A stretch of 64,000 bases of DNA from Candidatus Aenigmatarchaeota archaeon (GTDB lineage Archaea > Aenigmatarchaeota > Aenigmatarchaeia > QMZP01 > QMZT01), in NCBI GenBank assembly GCA_016932735.1, contig JAFGCI010000001.1:132183-196182 (forward strand). The letters run 5' to 3'. Below are positions 54,168-61,858 of this stretch, piece after piece. A program made the translations under genes and the position numbers. Position 1 is the first letter of the stretch, and each line of letters starts with the position of its first letter. The notes under the pieces are model-generated. The model was not told the origin of the DNA, did not search any database, and was given only the letters and a program-made list of their open reading frames with translations.

Positions 54168-54644
54168 ATGAGAACTGCTCCTTACGTTGACAGGGTTAAG
54201 CTCATAGAGACTGGTGGTTTTTTCGAGCCCTTCTTCAGGTATATCTCGAAAGAAGCTCAGGATTTCAAAGGTGTCATCGCAAGATGCTCTTCTGAAAGGC
54301 TTATGGAAGCTCTTGAAAGTTCCGGAACTGAACATTCGCCTGCAATAGAATCCGGTAACGGCAATTTCCACTTACGTATTTTTGGAGGTAAAGGATTGCC
54401 GGAAGATTCCGTTTATCAGCAGGTGGAAGGCTATCTGCATTCAAGTGATTTGATGGATTCGAGGGGCAGTATGCCGGAAGATTTCTTTGGAAAAAGCGTC
54501 ATACATATAATAGACCCCAGAATTGCAAGAGACCTTCCGAGAGAGCACATAGGAAATTATCAGAAAGGAGTTTCCGAATGCTGCAGATACAACGGCTTCA
54601 GGGATCCGTACTATCTTGTGACATTCTCTCATTCTTCTATCTAG
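54168..54644 (+). CDS. Hypothetical protein.
   Basis: 158 aa ORF, divergent from the DedA gene. No motif recognised. Confidence 0.35.
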   Translation: MRTAPYVDRVKLIETGGFFEPFFRYISKEAQDFKGVIARCSSERLMEALESSGTEHSPAIESGNGNFHLRIFGGKGLPEDSVYQQVEGYLHSSDLMDSRGSMPEDFFGKSVIHIIDPRIARDLPREHIGNYQKGVSECCRYNGFRDPYYLVTFSHSSI

Positions 54645-54761
54645 GCGCTGTGCCATCTGCAAACGATTATAAATGTTGTTCTGCAATTATGCTATATGCA
54701 AGAAAGCCAATGCAACTTGAGCCCGAGAAGCCCGTGCCCAAGACCTAGCTCCTGCTAGATT

Positions 54762-54866
54762 CATTGGCCCTTTGCTCACCTTTTCTGTATAGATTTTCCT
54801 GAGTGAGGTAATCTATTTTGTCCGGAATGTATGCGGGTGAGCTGAAGCTATAATGGAGGAAACGAA
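54762..54866 (+). promoter_or_regulatory. Copy 1 of a conserved upstream element: cattggccctttgctcacc ... ggtgagc-N-aagctata ... ggagga.
   Basis: The 19 nt cattggccctttgctcacc (54762..54780) is identical to 55221..55239. gctcacc pairs with the downstream ggtgagc (54836..54842) in both copies although the intervening 48 to 55 nt differ. aagctata and ggagga are also shared, immediately 5' of paralogous small ORFs. Confidence 0.45.
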
Positions 54867-55121
54867 ATGGGAAAACAACATAAAATGATGTTGCTAATGG
54901 AAGACGGAAGCGGCATCAGAGCTGAATATCATCCGGCCACGAGGCTTTACATCTCAACCGATACCGGCGAAGGATTATTTTTTTCCGGGAAGAAAAACGG
55001 TTATACAACTCCATTTGAAATTTCTAAACAGCCGGAAAGATACAAATATGTTGTCATGTCATCCCGCGGAACCGTTCGCTCAATAAGCAATTCAAGAATA
55101 AAACACGTTTACATTAATTAG
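54867..55121 (+). CDS. Small hypothetical protein, a paralog of the 55321 ORF.
   Basis: 84 aa. MMLLMEDGSGIRAEYHPATRLYISTDTGEGLFFSGKKNG aligns with MTIELEDGTKIVIEGNGKPETYRIRDTDFMIGFVWRSAGKG of the next ORF (shared EDG, I, E, Y-I, DT, F, G-K-G). Confidence 0.45.
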   Translation: MGKQHKMMLLMEDGSGIRAEYHPATRLYISTDTGEGLFFSGKKNGYTTPFEISKQPERYKYVVMSSRGTVRSISNSRIKHVYIN

Positions 55122-55220
55122 TTTTATAAATGTTTTCTACTAAAAAGTAAACTATGATTGCAAACCAGTGGAACTATAGCTTTGAATTTTATTTCAGCTT
55201 TTATAGCTGTTAAGCTGTTC

Positions 55221-55320
55221 CATTGGCCCTTTGCTCACCTTCTTCTTGACAAATAACTGAAAGCGAGTTATATTGATTCAGGATTTCGGTGAGCGAAAGC
55301 TATAGAAAAGGAGGATTGAG
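55221..55320 (+). promoter_or_regulatory. Copy 2 of the conserved upstream element.
   Basis: cattggccctttgctcacc at 55221..55239, ggtgagc at 55288..55294, then aagctata and ggagga before the ATG at 55321. Confidence 0.45.
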
Positions 55321-55644
55321 ATGCCGGAAGAAAAAAATACAATGACAATAGAACTCGAAGATGGAACAAAGATTGTCATAGAAGGTAATGGAAAACCTGA
55401 AACTTACAGGATTCGTGATACTGACTTCATGATAGGTTTTGTATGGAGAAGTGCCGGTAAGGGGACCAGAATGAGTAGCTTGTCTCCTGTTCCGGGAATA
55501 GGAAAATATCCCCATGGAATAGAAGCAGGTACTGTTAAAAAATCATACAGATCCAGAATCTGTAATTTCAGCGGAACTTACGCAAATACTGTTTTCGAGA
55601 GTGGTGTACCTATATCTATTCTGGTATCATATGAACAGAGATGA
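55321..55644 (+). CDS. Small hypothetical protein, a paralog of the 54867 ORF.
   Basis: 107 aa. Shares the N-terminal core with the 54867 ORF. Its stop overlaps the ATG of the next ORF (atga). Confidence 0.45.
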   Translation: MPEEKNTMTIELEDGTKIVIEGNGKPETYRIRDTDFMIGFVWRSAGKGTRMSSLSPVPGIGKYPHGIEAGTVKKSYRSRICNFSGTYANTVFESGVPISILVSYEQR

Positions 55645-55844
55645 TTAATATGGACGATTCCAAAAAATCAGACCTCTCAACGATTGGAGGAGAAGCAGGT
55701 TACAGGGCATTAACAGCATATATGAAAGAAGTTTGCAGTAGACTGAACCAGAGCACGGGGGCTGAATACGATAATCTGGTTTATAGACTGACAGGAAAAA
55801 CCGCTGCCCAGAGAGCTAAAGAAAGAGAAGAGAATCATAAATGA
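55641..55844 (+). CDS. Hypothetical small protein, translationally coupled to the preceding ORF.
   Basis: 67 aa. The ATGA overlap with the upstream stop suggests co-translation. Confidence 0.35.
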   Translation: MINMDDSKKSDLSTIGGEAGYRALTAYMKEVCSRLNQSTGAEYDNLVYRLTGKTAAQRAKEREENHK

Positions 55845-55927
55845 CATTTAACAATTTTCGGTTTTTTCCTTATAAAAACGTTAGCGGTTTATAAAGGTTT
55901 AGCTAATTCTAAATTGAGGTGGTTTGA

Positions 55928-56461
55928 ATGAATGTAAAGATTATCGTGCTCATAATCCTGTTGGTTTTTGTGACAGCAGTGGGAGCATCTGCAACAATAA
56001 AATTAGAATCTGAAAAGCAGATAGGAGGAGAAAAGGACGAGCATGGCTGCCTTGTCCCGGCAGGTTATTCTTGGGACGAAGATGTTGGTGCATGTATAAG
56101 GGGCTGGGAACTTGATGAGGACCAGAAAAGAGCAGCTAAAGCAGCAATTGAATATCTGGATTCGGAAAAAATATCGACGATAACTGAAGTAGCAGTTTTA
56201 AGATGTCCCGGCTGCTTCGATGTAAAGCTGGAACAAGGTGAAGATAGAGATCTTCTAAGCGTCAAAATAACTGATTGGAGTGCTTCAGGAAAGACCGTCC
56301 TGCGTCATACATGTAAACCAGAAGAAAGGAGCGCAATTATATGCACAATGGAATACAATCCTGTATGCGGCTTTAAGGAAGACGGAACTTCATCAACATA
56401 CGGAAATGGATGTGGTGCATGTTCAGACGGAGTCGTTTACTGGGAATCGGGAGAATGTTAG
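55928..56461 (+). CDS. Secreted Cys-rich protein with a C-terminal Kazal-like domain.
   Basis: Signal-peptide-like N-terminus MNVKIIVLIILLVFVTAVGASA. The C-terminal C-x9-C-x7-C(PVCG)-x10-Y-x3-C-x2-C-x11-C (...CTMEYNPVCGFKEDGTSSTYGNGCGACSDG...C) follows the six-Cys Kazal spacing with the PVCG and TY.N.C hallmarks. Confidence 0.55.
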   Translation: MNVKIIVLIILLVFVTAVGASATIKLESEKQIGGEKDEHGCLVPAGYSWDEDVGACIRGWELDEDQKRAAKAAIEYLDSEKISTITEVAVLRCPGCFDVKLEQGEDRDLLSVKITDWSASGKTVLRHTCKPEERSAIICTMEYNPVCGFKEDGTSSTYGNGCGACSDGVVYWESGEC

Positions 56462-56493
56462 AATGATTAACGGGGTTCCCCCACCCCTTACTT

Positions 56494-57087
56494 TTAGAAA
56501 GGAATTGCATCTTCTAAGCCCAGAAATCGATAGAAATCAACCTGATTTCCAAGGTCTATCGGTATTCTAAATAATCCGTTCTTTTCTAAGTCAGTTTGTA
56601 AGAATATGCTTCCTTCTTTACCCCATTTTGAACATATCACAAGGGGTTCTCCCGGTTCCTCTTTCAATCTTCTGCATAATCCCATATGGTTATAAGGTCC
56701 GGTTTTGGTGTAGTAATATGCAACAATAACATCATCATCTGGTTTTTCTACACGTTCAAAAATACGCTTACCGCTATTTGAATCTGCTGTAAGCATATTT
56801 TTTACCTTTCTTGGCGGTTCTCCAATGTATTTTGGCAGATTAAGCAAATCGAAAACGAAATCGCTTGGCGAGTAATCATTAAGAGGGTTATTATCCAACG
56901 TTTCATCTCTTAAAAGAGGGGCAACGCCATATACAGACATTTCATCGTATTTCTTTTTACAATTCCCATAGCCTCTTGAAATTTCTTTTGATAAATTCAA
57001 TAGTCTATTTCTTATAACATCATCATTTTCTCCACCAAACATGCTTAAGGTTGATATAAAAAGAAATAAAAACCTATATTTCACCAC
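56494..57087 (-). CDS. Secreted hypothetical protein with possible Cys/His peptidase-like (CHAP/NlpC-like) features.
   Basis: Signal peptide MVKYRFLFLFISTLSMFGG. It carries GYGNCKKKY (Cys) and YYYTKTGPYNHMGLC (His) in the order seen in CHAP-type amidases. This is a weak assignment. Confidence 0.45.
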   Translation of the reverse strand: MVKYRFLFLFISTLSMFGGENDDVIRNRLLNLSKEISRGYGNCKKKYDEMSVYGVAPLLRDETLDNNPLNDYSPSDFVFDLLNLPKYIGEPPRKVKNMLTADSNSGKRIFERVEKPDDDVIVAYYYTKTGPYNHMGLCRRLKEEPGEPLVICSKWGKEGSIFLQTDLEKNGLFRIPIDLGNQVDFYRFLGLEDAIPF

Positions 57088-57147
57088 CAGAAAAGCATAT
57101 CGCTTCTATCTTATCCAAATATTTATATAAAACGCGGAATCAAGGTT

Positions 57148-58722
57148 ATGTATAGCCTTCAAATACTGGCAGGTAGAGCTCAGATGGCAGAAAACGACAG
57201 GAAACATAAGAAATACACATCAAAAGAAGAAGATATTGATTCTCTAGATAAAGAACAGGATAATGATGAATCAGTTAGAAAGGATTATCCGGTAAAAGAA
57301 GAAAGCGAATATGATAAAAGTATTCTTATAGAGCCTATTGAAGATAAAAAAGAGACAGACAAAAAAACGGCCAAAAAGAAAACTAACGGCTCTCCTATCC
57401 GTTCCGTCCTTAAAAAATCCATGATAGGCATGGAAGTCGAGATGTTCACTCTTGATGAGAATGGGAACATGGCCAATCTTGCCGACGTCCTGATAAAAGA
57501 GGTCAAAAAGAAATATCCCTTGGTCGGAACTGCGAAGGAAGCCGGCAGAAGCACGATAGAAATCAAGAGCTTCCCAAACGAGGCCATCAGCGATACCATG
57601 GAACACCTTCTTGAGGAAATGGAGAGCGTCCTCATATGCGCTGAAAAAGAGAATATAAGGCTTTTCCCGCTGGGAACATTTCCCGGCTCATTTACACCTG
57701 ATATGAGACAAGACACTCCTTATCTGCTCAAAGAGCAGATTTTTGGGAAAAACAGGTTCCTTATAGCAGGACGCTGTGTAGGCCTCCACATACATTATAC
57801 ACTTCCGTGGGGGGTATTTGACAGCAAGCAGAAAATCCTCAAGAGGCTTCATCGCTCAAAGAACCAGCAGACAATGGTTGGCAGCTACAATCTTCTTATT
57901 GCAATGGATCCGGCTCTGACAACATTCATGCAGTCCTCTCCCTTTTATCAGGGCAAATATATAGGCAAGGACTCGCGTGTTATTGTCTATAGGGGGGGTT
58001 CGGATTTTGATTATCCGCAGGGCCTTTATGCAAACTATTATGCATTCGGTGCTTTGCAGCCATACAAGCAGACGAACACGGATATGATTGACGTTATTTT
58101 CAGGAAATATGACGAATGGAAGAATATAATCCAGAAGATAGATATGAACCTGAGGGTCTTCTCAAAACACGGTTCGATACTCGACACTACGTGGAATCCT
58201 GTAAAGGTCAATGCCGTCGGGACACTTGAGCAGAGAGGGATGGATACAAACCATCCCATGTATATGACGGCAGCGGGAGCCCTGATAAAATATATCCTGC
58301 GATATGTAGAGGATGAAAACATTAATGTCATTCCTTCGGATATCGGTGTTGCAGAGCCATTCAAGCTGGAAGGTAACGTAATGTACATACCTCCACATAC
58401 CCATGTGAGAAAGAATCTCCAGAGGAACGCCGCTTATGACGGTCTTGACAACAGGGAGGTTTACGATTACTGCAAAATACTGCTTAAGCTTGCATCCCAA
58501 TGCATTCCCAAAGATAAGGAAGTCCTTCTGGACCCTTTCAGGAAGATAATAGATGAGAAGAAAACAGTATCCGACGAAATCATTGAATTAGCCAAAAAGA
58601 AGGGAGCGGATCTCAAAGAAACGCTCCCGAAAAGCATCGTGACTGAGATAGCATTGGAGCATTCCGGACGCCTGTTCAAGGAGATTGTGCTTACAAAGAA
58701 GATGCTCCATGACCTGAAGTGA
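57148..58722 (+). CDS. GCS2-family (YbdK-like) carboxylate-amine ligase with an N-terminal low-complexity extension of about 100 aa.
   Basis: IGMEVEMFTLDENG aligns to YbdK LGIELEMQVV. CVGLHIHYTLPW aligns to GQHVHVG. VGTLEQRGMDTNHP aligns to GTVEVRVMDTP. The first 100 aa are D/E/K-rich and disordered-looking; the catalytic domain may start at the internal Met (MIGMEVEM). Confidence 0.75.
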   Translation: MYSLQILAGRAQMAENDRKHKKYTSKEEDIDSLDKEQDNDESVRKDYPVKEESEYDKSILIEPIEDKKETDKKTAKKKTNGSPIRSVLKKSMIGMEVEMFTLDENGNMANLADVLIKEVKKKYPLVGTAKEAGRSTIEIKSFPNEAISDTMEHLLEEMESVLICAEKENIRLFPLGTFPGSFTPDMRQDTPYLLKEQIFGKNRFLIAGRCVGLHIHYTLPWGVFDSKQKILKRLHRSKNQQTMVGSYNLLIAMDPALTTFMQSSPFYQGKYIGKDSRVIVYRGGSDFDYPQGLYANYYAFGALQPYKQTNTDMIDVIFRKYDEWKNIIQKIDMNLRVFSKHGSILDTTWNPVKVNAVGTLEQRGMDTNHPMYMTAAGALIKYILRYVEDENINVIPSDIGVAEPFKLEGNVMYIPPHTHVRKNLQRNAAYDGLDNREVYDYCKILLKLASQCIPKDKEVLLDPFRKIIDEKKTVSDEIIELAKKKGADLKETLPKSIVTEIALEHSGRLFKEIVLTKKMLHDLK

Positions 58723-58723
58723 T

Positions 58724-59956
58724 ATGATGGTTCTCGGCATCGGTGAAAAATACAATAATACCCTTCTCAAAAATCCGGACCTTTCTGAAAAGACGTTCAG
58801 CTATATCAGAAAAGAATATGAAAGAAACAAAATTATGATGGGTAACAGGTTACTTCCATTTTTTCTGACACCGAATTTTATTTCTGAATCCCGAGACAAT
58901 CTAATCATGCAAAGCTCTGAAAGGATGGCTGGGATACTTGAAAAAATAGGAAAAAATATTCTGAGGAAAAGCCATGAATCCAGATTGAATGTGATAAACA
59001 GGATGGATTTCTTCTTCCATGAAGGAAAAATAAAATTCATAGAATTTAATGCGGACAGCCCCTCCGGTGCCGGAAGGCTTGATATAATCAATAAAATTTT
59101 TTCAGAAATCCCGATAATTTCCGGAATAAAAGAAAATAAAGAGATGAGAGAATCCCTTCTGGAAGCTCTTTTCAACTCTTACAAAGAATGGGGAGGAAAA
59201 AAAGAAAAACCGACCATAGCGCTAATAGATTGGAAGGGTGTCAAGACAATATCTGACCAGAAACTTATTGCACAATATTTCAATGGGAGGGGATTCAGAA
59301 CAATCCTTGCGGACCCCAGAGAACTGAAATATAAAAAAGGGAAAATGTTCTCAGGAGAAACGGAGATAGACATTCTCTACAAGCGTGTTATAATAAAAGA
59401 GCTTCTCGATAAGAAAGAAGAATGCAGAGACCTTTTTTCCGCGATTTCAGATAATTCAATTTTCATTTCCAACCCCCTTGAATCGGGAATTCTGGGCGAG
59501 AAGAAACTCATTTCAAGGATGGCCTCCGGAGAATTTGACAAAATTCTGACGGAAGACGAAAAAAGTTTCCTAAGAGAGTATCTGCCTTGGTCAAAAGAGG
59601 TTAACGTTAATCTCAAAGAGAAAATCATTTCGGAAAAAAACAAGCTGGTTCTTAAACCGGATGAAGGCTATGGCGGAGAAGGAGTCAAAATCGGAAAGTT
59701 CCTTTCAGAAGAAGAATGGAAGAAAGCAGTTGATATATCTATTTCAGATAGCGGTTGGACTGTGCAGGAGTACATAGATGTACCGGCAATAAAAATCTTT
59801 GATAAGGGAAAAATCACAAAGAAATTCATGAGTATGTCATCGTTTGTTTTCGGCGGAAAATATGCGGGATGCATGACACGTGTCTCCGATGATCCTGTCG
59901 TCAATACCAGCAAAGGTGGAGGAATAATACCGACGTTCGTTTTAAAGAAGGGTTGA
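58724..59956 (+). CDS. Circularly permuted ATP-grasp superfamily ligase.
   Basis: The ATP-grasp core motifs occur near the C-terminus: LVLKPDEGYGGEGVKIG, WTVQEYIDV, and R..N.s.GG (MTRVSDDPVVNTSKGGGIIP). No Mg-binding E-x-N segment follows, which implies it is relocated N-terminally (circular permutation). The gene starts 2 nt after the GCS2 stop. Confidence 0.65.
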   Translation: MMVLGIGEKYNNTLLKNPDLSEKTFSYIRKEYERNKIMMGNRLLPFFLTPNFISESRDNLIMQSSERMAGILEKIGKNILRKSHESRLNVINRMDFFFHEGKIKFIEFNADSPSGAGRLDIINKIFSEIPIISGIKENKEMRESLLEALFNSYKEWGGKKEKPTIALIDWKGVKTISDQKLIAQYFNGRGFRTILADPRELKYKKGKMFSGETEIDILYKRVIIKELLDKKEECRDLFSAISDNSIFISNPLESGILGEKKLISRMASGEFDKILTEDEKSFLREYLPWSKEVNVNLKEKIISEKNKLVLKPDEGYGGEGVKIGKFLSEEEWKKAVDISISDSGWTVQEYIDVPAIKIFDKGKITKKFMSMSSFVFGGKYAGCMTRVSDDPVVNTSKGGGIIPTFVLKKG

Positions 59957-59966
59957 CAATATTTCA

Positions 59967-60701
59967 ATGAGTGGTGCAATGATAATCGATTTTCATACGC
60001 ACATAGGACACAGCCACGACGGCTCCGAACAGACAATACCAGAACTTGAATCGAATATGAAAAAGCTGGGGATTGACAAATCTGTTGTTTTCAGCATTGA
60101 CGATAAAGACATGTCGAGGGAAGAACTTAGCTTCAAAATAATGGAAGACGTGAGGGGCGATGACTCATTGATACCTTTCTTCAGGTTTGACCCGAAAAAA
60201 ATGAAAGCTGAGAATCTGGAGAGAATCCTGAAAGATTTCCACGGAGTCAAGCTTCATTCGAGAGCGGAGGATTTTAATCCGCTGGATAAAAAGTTCTTTC
60301 CTCTTTACGAAGCCATTGAGAAATCGGGAAAGCCTCTTCTGTTCCATACAAAGAAATACCATCTGAAGCAGACAGACCCCGCGGAAATTGTAAGGATTGC
60401 GGAAGAATTCCCTAAGTTAAAGCTGGTTCTTGCCCATTTTGCAGGCTCGCAGCCACTCGTTTTTAACTATGTTGAAAAGAACGGGCTTGGCAATGTATAT
60501 TTCGACACTTCGGTGAATTGCACGCAGTTCTACATAAGAAGCATAGGCGAAAAACTGGGCTTTGACAGGATACTGTTCGGCTCCGACTGCCCCTACTCGG
60601 ACCAGGAAGTGGAGCTTCTGAAAATAAAGAAACTGGAAATCGGCGACGATGACAAAAACAAAATTCTGGGGCTCAATGCAAAGAAATTACTTAATTTGTA
60701 G
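59967..60701 (+). CDS. Amidohydrolase-2-type metal-dependent hydrolase (TIM barrel).
   Basis: The N-terminal MIIDFHTHIGH (HxH metal site) and the later HFAG...D pattern over 244 aa fit the Amidohydro_2 family. Confidence 0.7.
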   Translation: MSGAMIIDFHTHIGHSHDGSEQTIPELESNMKKLGIDKSVVFSIDDKDMSREELSFKIMEDVRGDDSLIPFFRFDPKKMKAENLERILKDFHGVKLHSRAEDFNPLDKKFFPLYEAIEKSGKPLLFHTKKYHLKQTDPAEIVRIAEEFPKLKLVLAHFAGSQPLVFNYVEKNGLGNVYFDTSVNCTQFYIRSIGEKLGFDRILFGSDCPYSDQEVELLKIKKLEIGDDDKNKILGLNAKKLLNL

Positions 60702-60754
60702 AACATCTATTCGTTACCTATTAATAGAACCAAAGCCAATTATTAACTAAGCCC

Positions 60755-61858
60755 GTGCTATGCGTTTTACTTTGGGTTTGTTTTTATGGAGTGATATTTC
60801 TGGAGCCGCTGAAAAAAATCGGGACGTGCAGGTTGACGCGCGGAAAACTGCGGCATGGGCACATTCCTGTAAAGGGAGGATATCAGATACCCGTTTCCAT
60901 AATGAAAGGAAAAAATGAGGGAAAGATGTGCTTCATTTCCGGCGGGATACATGGCGATGAGATAAACGGAATAAACCTCGTCCAGATGATAATGAAGTCT
61001 CTTGACCCCGAAAAAATCAACGGCACCATAATATTCATCCCCATTGTAAACATAGAGGGTTTTCATGAGAAAAGCCACAAGTTTACCAGGGATTCAAAAG
61101 ACATAAACAGGTGCTTCGCCAAAAGATGCAGGAGCACTTCATATTTTATTGCAAAGACTTTCATGAAAGAGATAGTCGAGAGATGTGATTTCGGGATAGA
61201 CTGCCACGACTGCGGCGAGAAGAACGTGCTTCTGCCGCATTCAAGAGTTCATGACAGCCCTTACATTGATACGGGCGAGGGAGATACAATATCCCTCGGC
61301 AGGCTTTTCGGCACCAGGATAATACTCAAGAGGGAAGGCGAAAGGGGGATGCTTGCCGTTGAAGCGGCACGGAAGTCGAAGAAACAGATTTTAACAGTTG
61401 AAATAGGGGGTGGCCTCGTCTTCTGGAACGAGTTCCTTAATGATGCCCTGACGGGAATACAAAATATATTGATACACCACGGCTTTATGCAGGGGAAAAT
61501 AAAGCTTCCCCGTGAGCAATATATACTTGAGGATCTGGACAGGTTCCGTCACAGAGCGCGTACAGAGGGCTTGCTCTATAAGAAAGTCAATCTTGGTGAC
61601 AGGGTGCATAAAGGCGATGTCATCGCAGTTATCCATAATCCTATAACCAGGAGAAAGAAAGAAATAATATCAAAGCACTGCGGCTTTGTCTTCTCGCTGA
61701 AAATGCAGGACAAGATAAACAAAGGCGAGTCAATAGCTTCAATACTCCAGAGCAACGATTGCACGCGCCATGGAACAAAGAAACAGAGAGGCCTTACCCT
61801 CATAAGAAACTATCCAAATTTATGGGATTTTGCTCCAAAGAAAGAAGAAGTCAGTTAG
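60755..61858 (+). CDS. AstE/AspA-family (succinylglutamate desuccinylase / aspartoacylase-like, M14-related) zinc deacylase; GTG start in the ORF track.
   Basis: YQIPVSIMKGKNEGKMCFISGGIHGDEINGINLV is the family signature (G.HG.E Zn site). A downstream His/Glu lies in GIDCHDCGEKN. The start is uncertain: GTG at 60755 or an internal ATG at 60902. Confidence 0.7.
   Translation: MLCVLLWVCFYGVIFLEPLKKIGTCRLTRGKLRHGHIPVKGGYQIPVSIMKGKNEGKMCFISGGIHGDEINGINLVQMIMKSLDPEKINGTIIFIPIVNIEGFHEKSHKFTRDSKDINRCFAKRCRSTSYFIAKTFMKEIVERCDFGIDCHDCGEKNVLLPHSRVHDSPYIDTGEGDTISLGRLFGTRIILKREGERGMLAVEAARKSKKQILTVEIGGGLVFWNEFLNDALTGIQNILIHHGFMQGKIKLPREQYILEDLDRFRHRARTEGLLYKKVNLGDRVHKGDVIAVIHNPITRRKKEIISKHCGFVFSLKMQDKINKGESIASILQSNDCTRHGTKKQRGLTLIRNYPNLWDFAPKKEEVS

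Noticed and set aside
53589-54371. 260-aa version of the DedA ORF with a 97-aa N-terminal extension.
   Set aside because: The extension has no DedA homology and overlaps the divergent region and ORF 54168. The conserved DedA core starts at the internal Met (54080).
54831-54866. C/D-box sRNA interpretation of the conserved motif, based on its ctga elements.
   Set aside because: No RUGAUGA C-box is present at the appropriate spacing in either copy. A cis-regulatory leader or promoter interpretation fits better.
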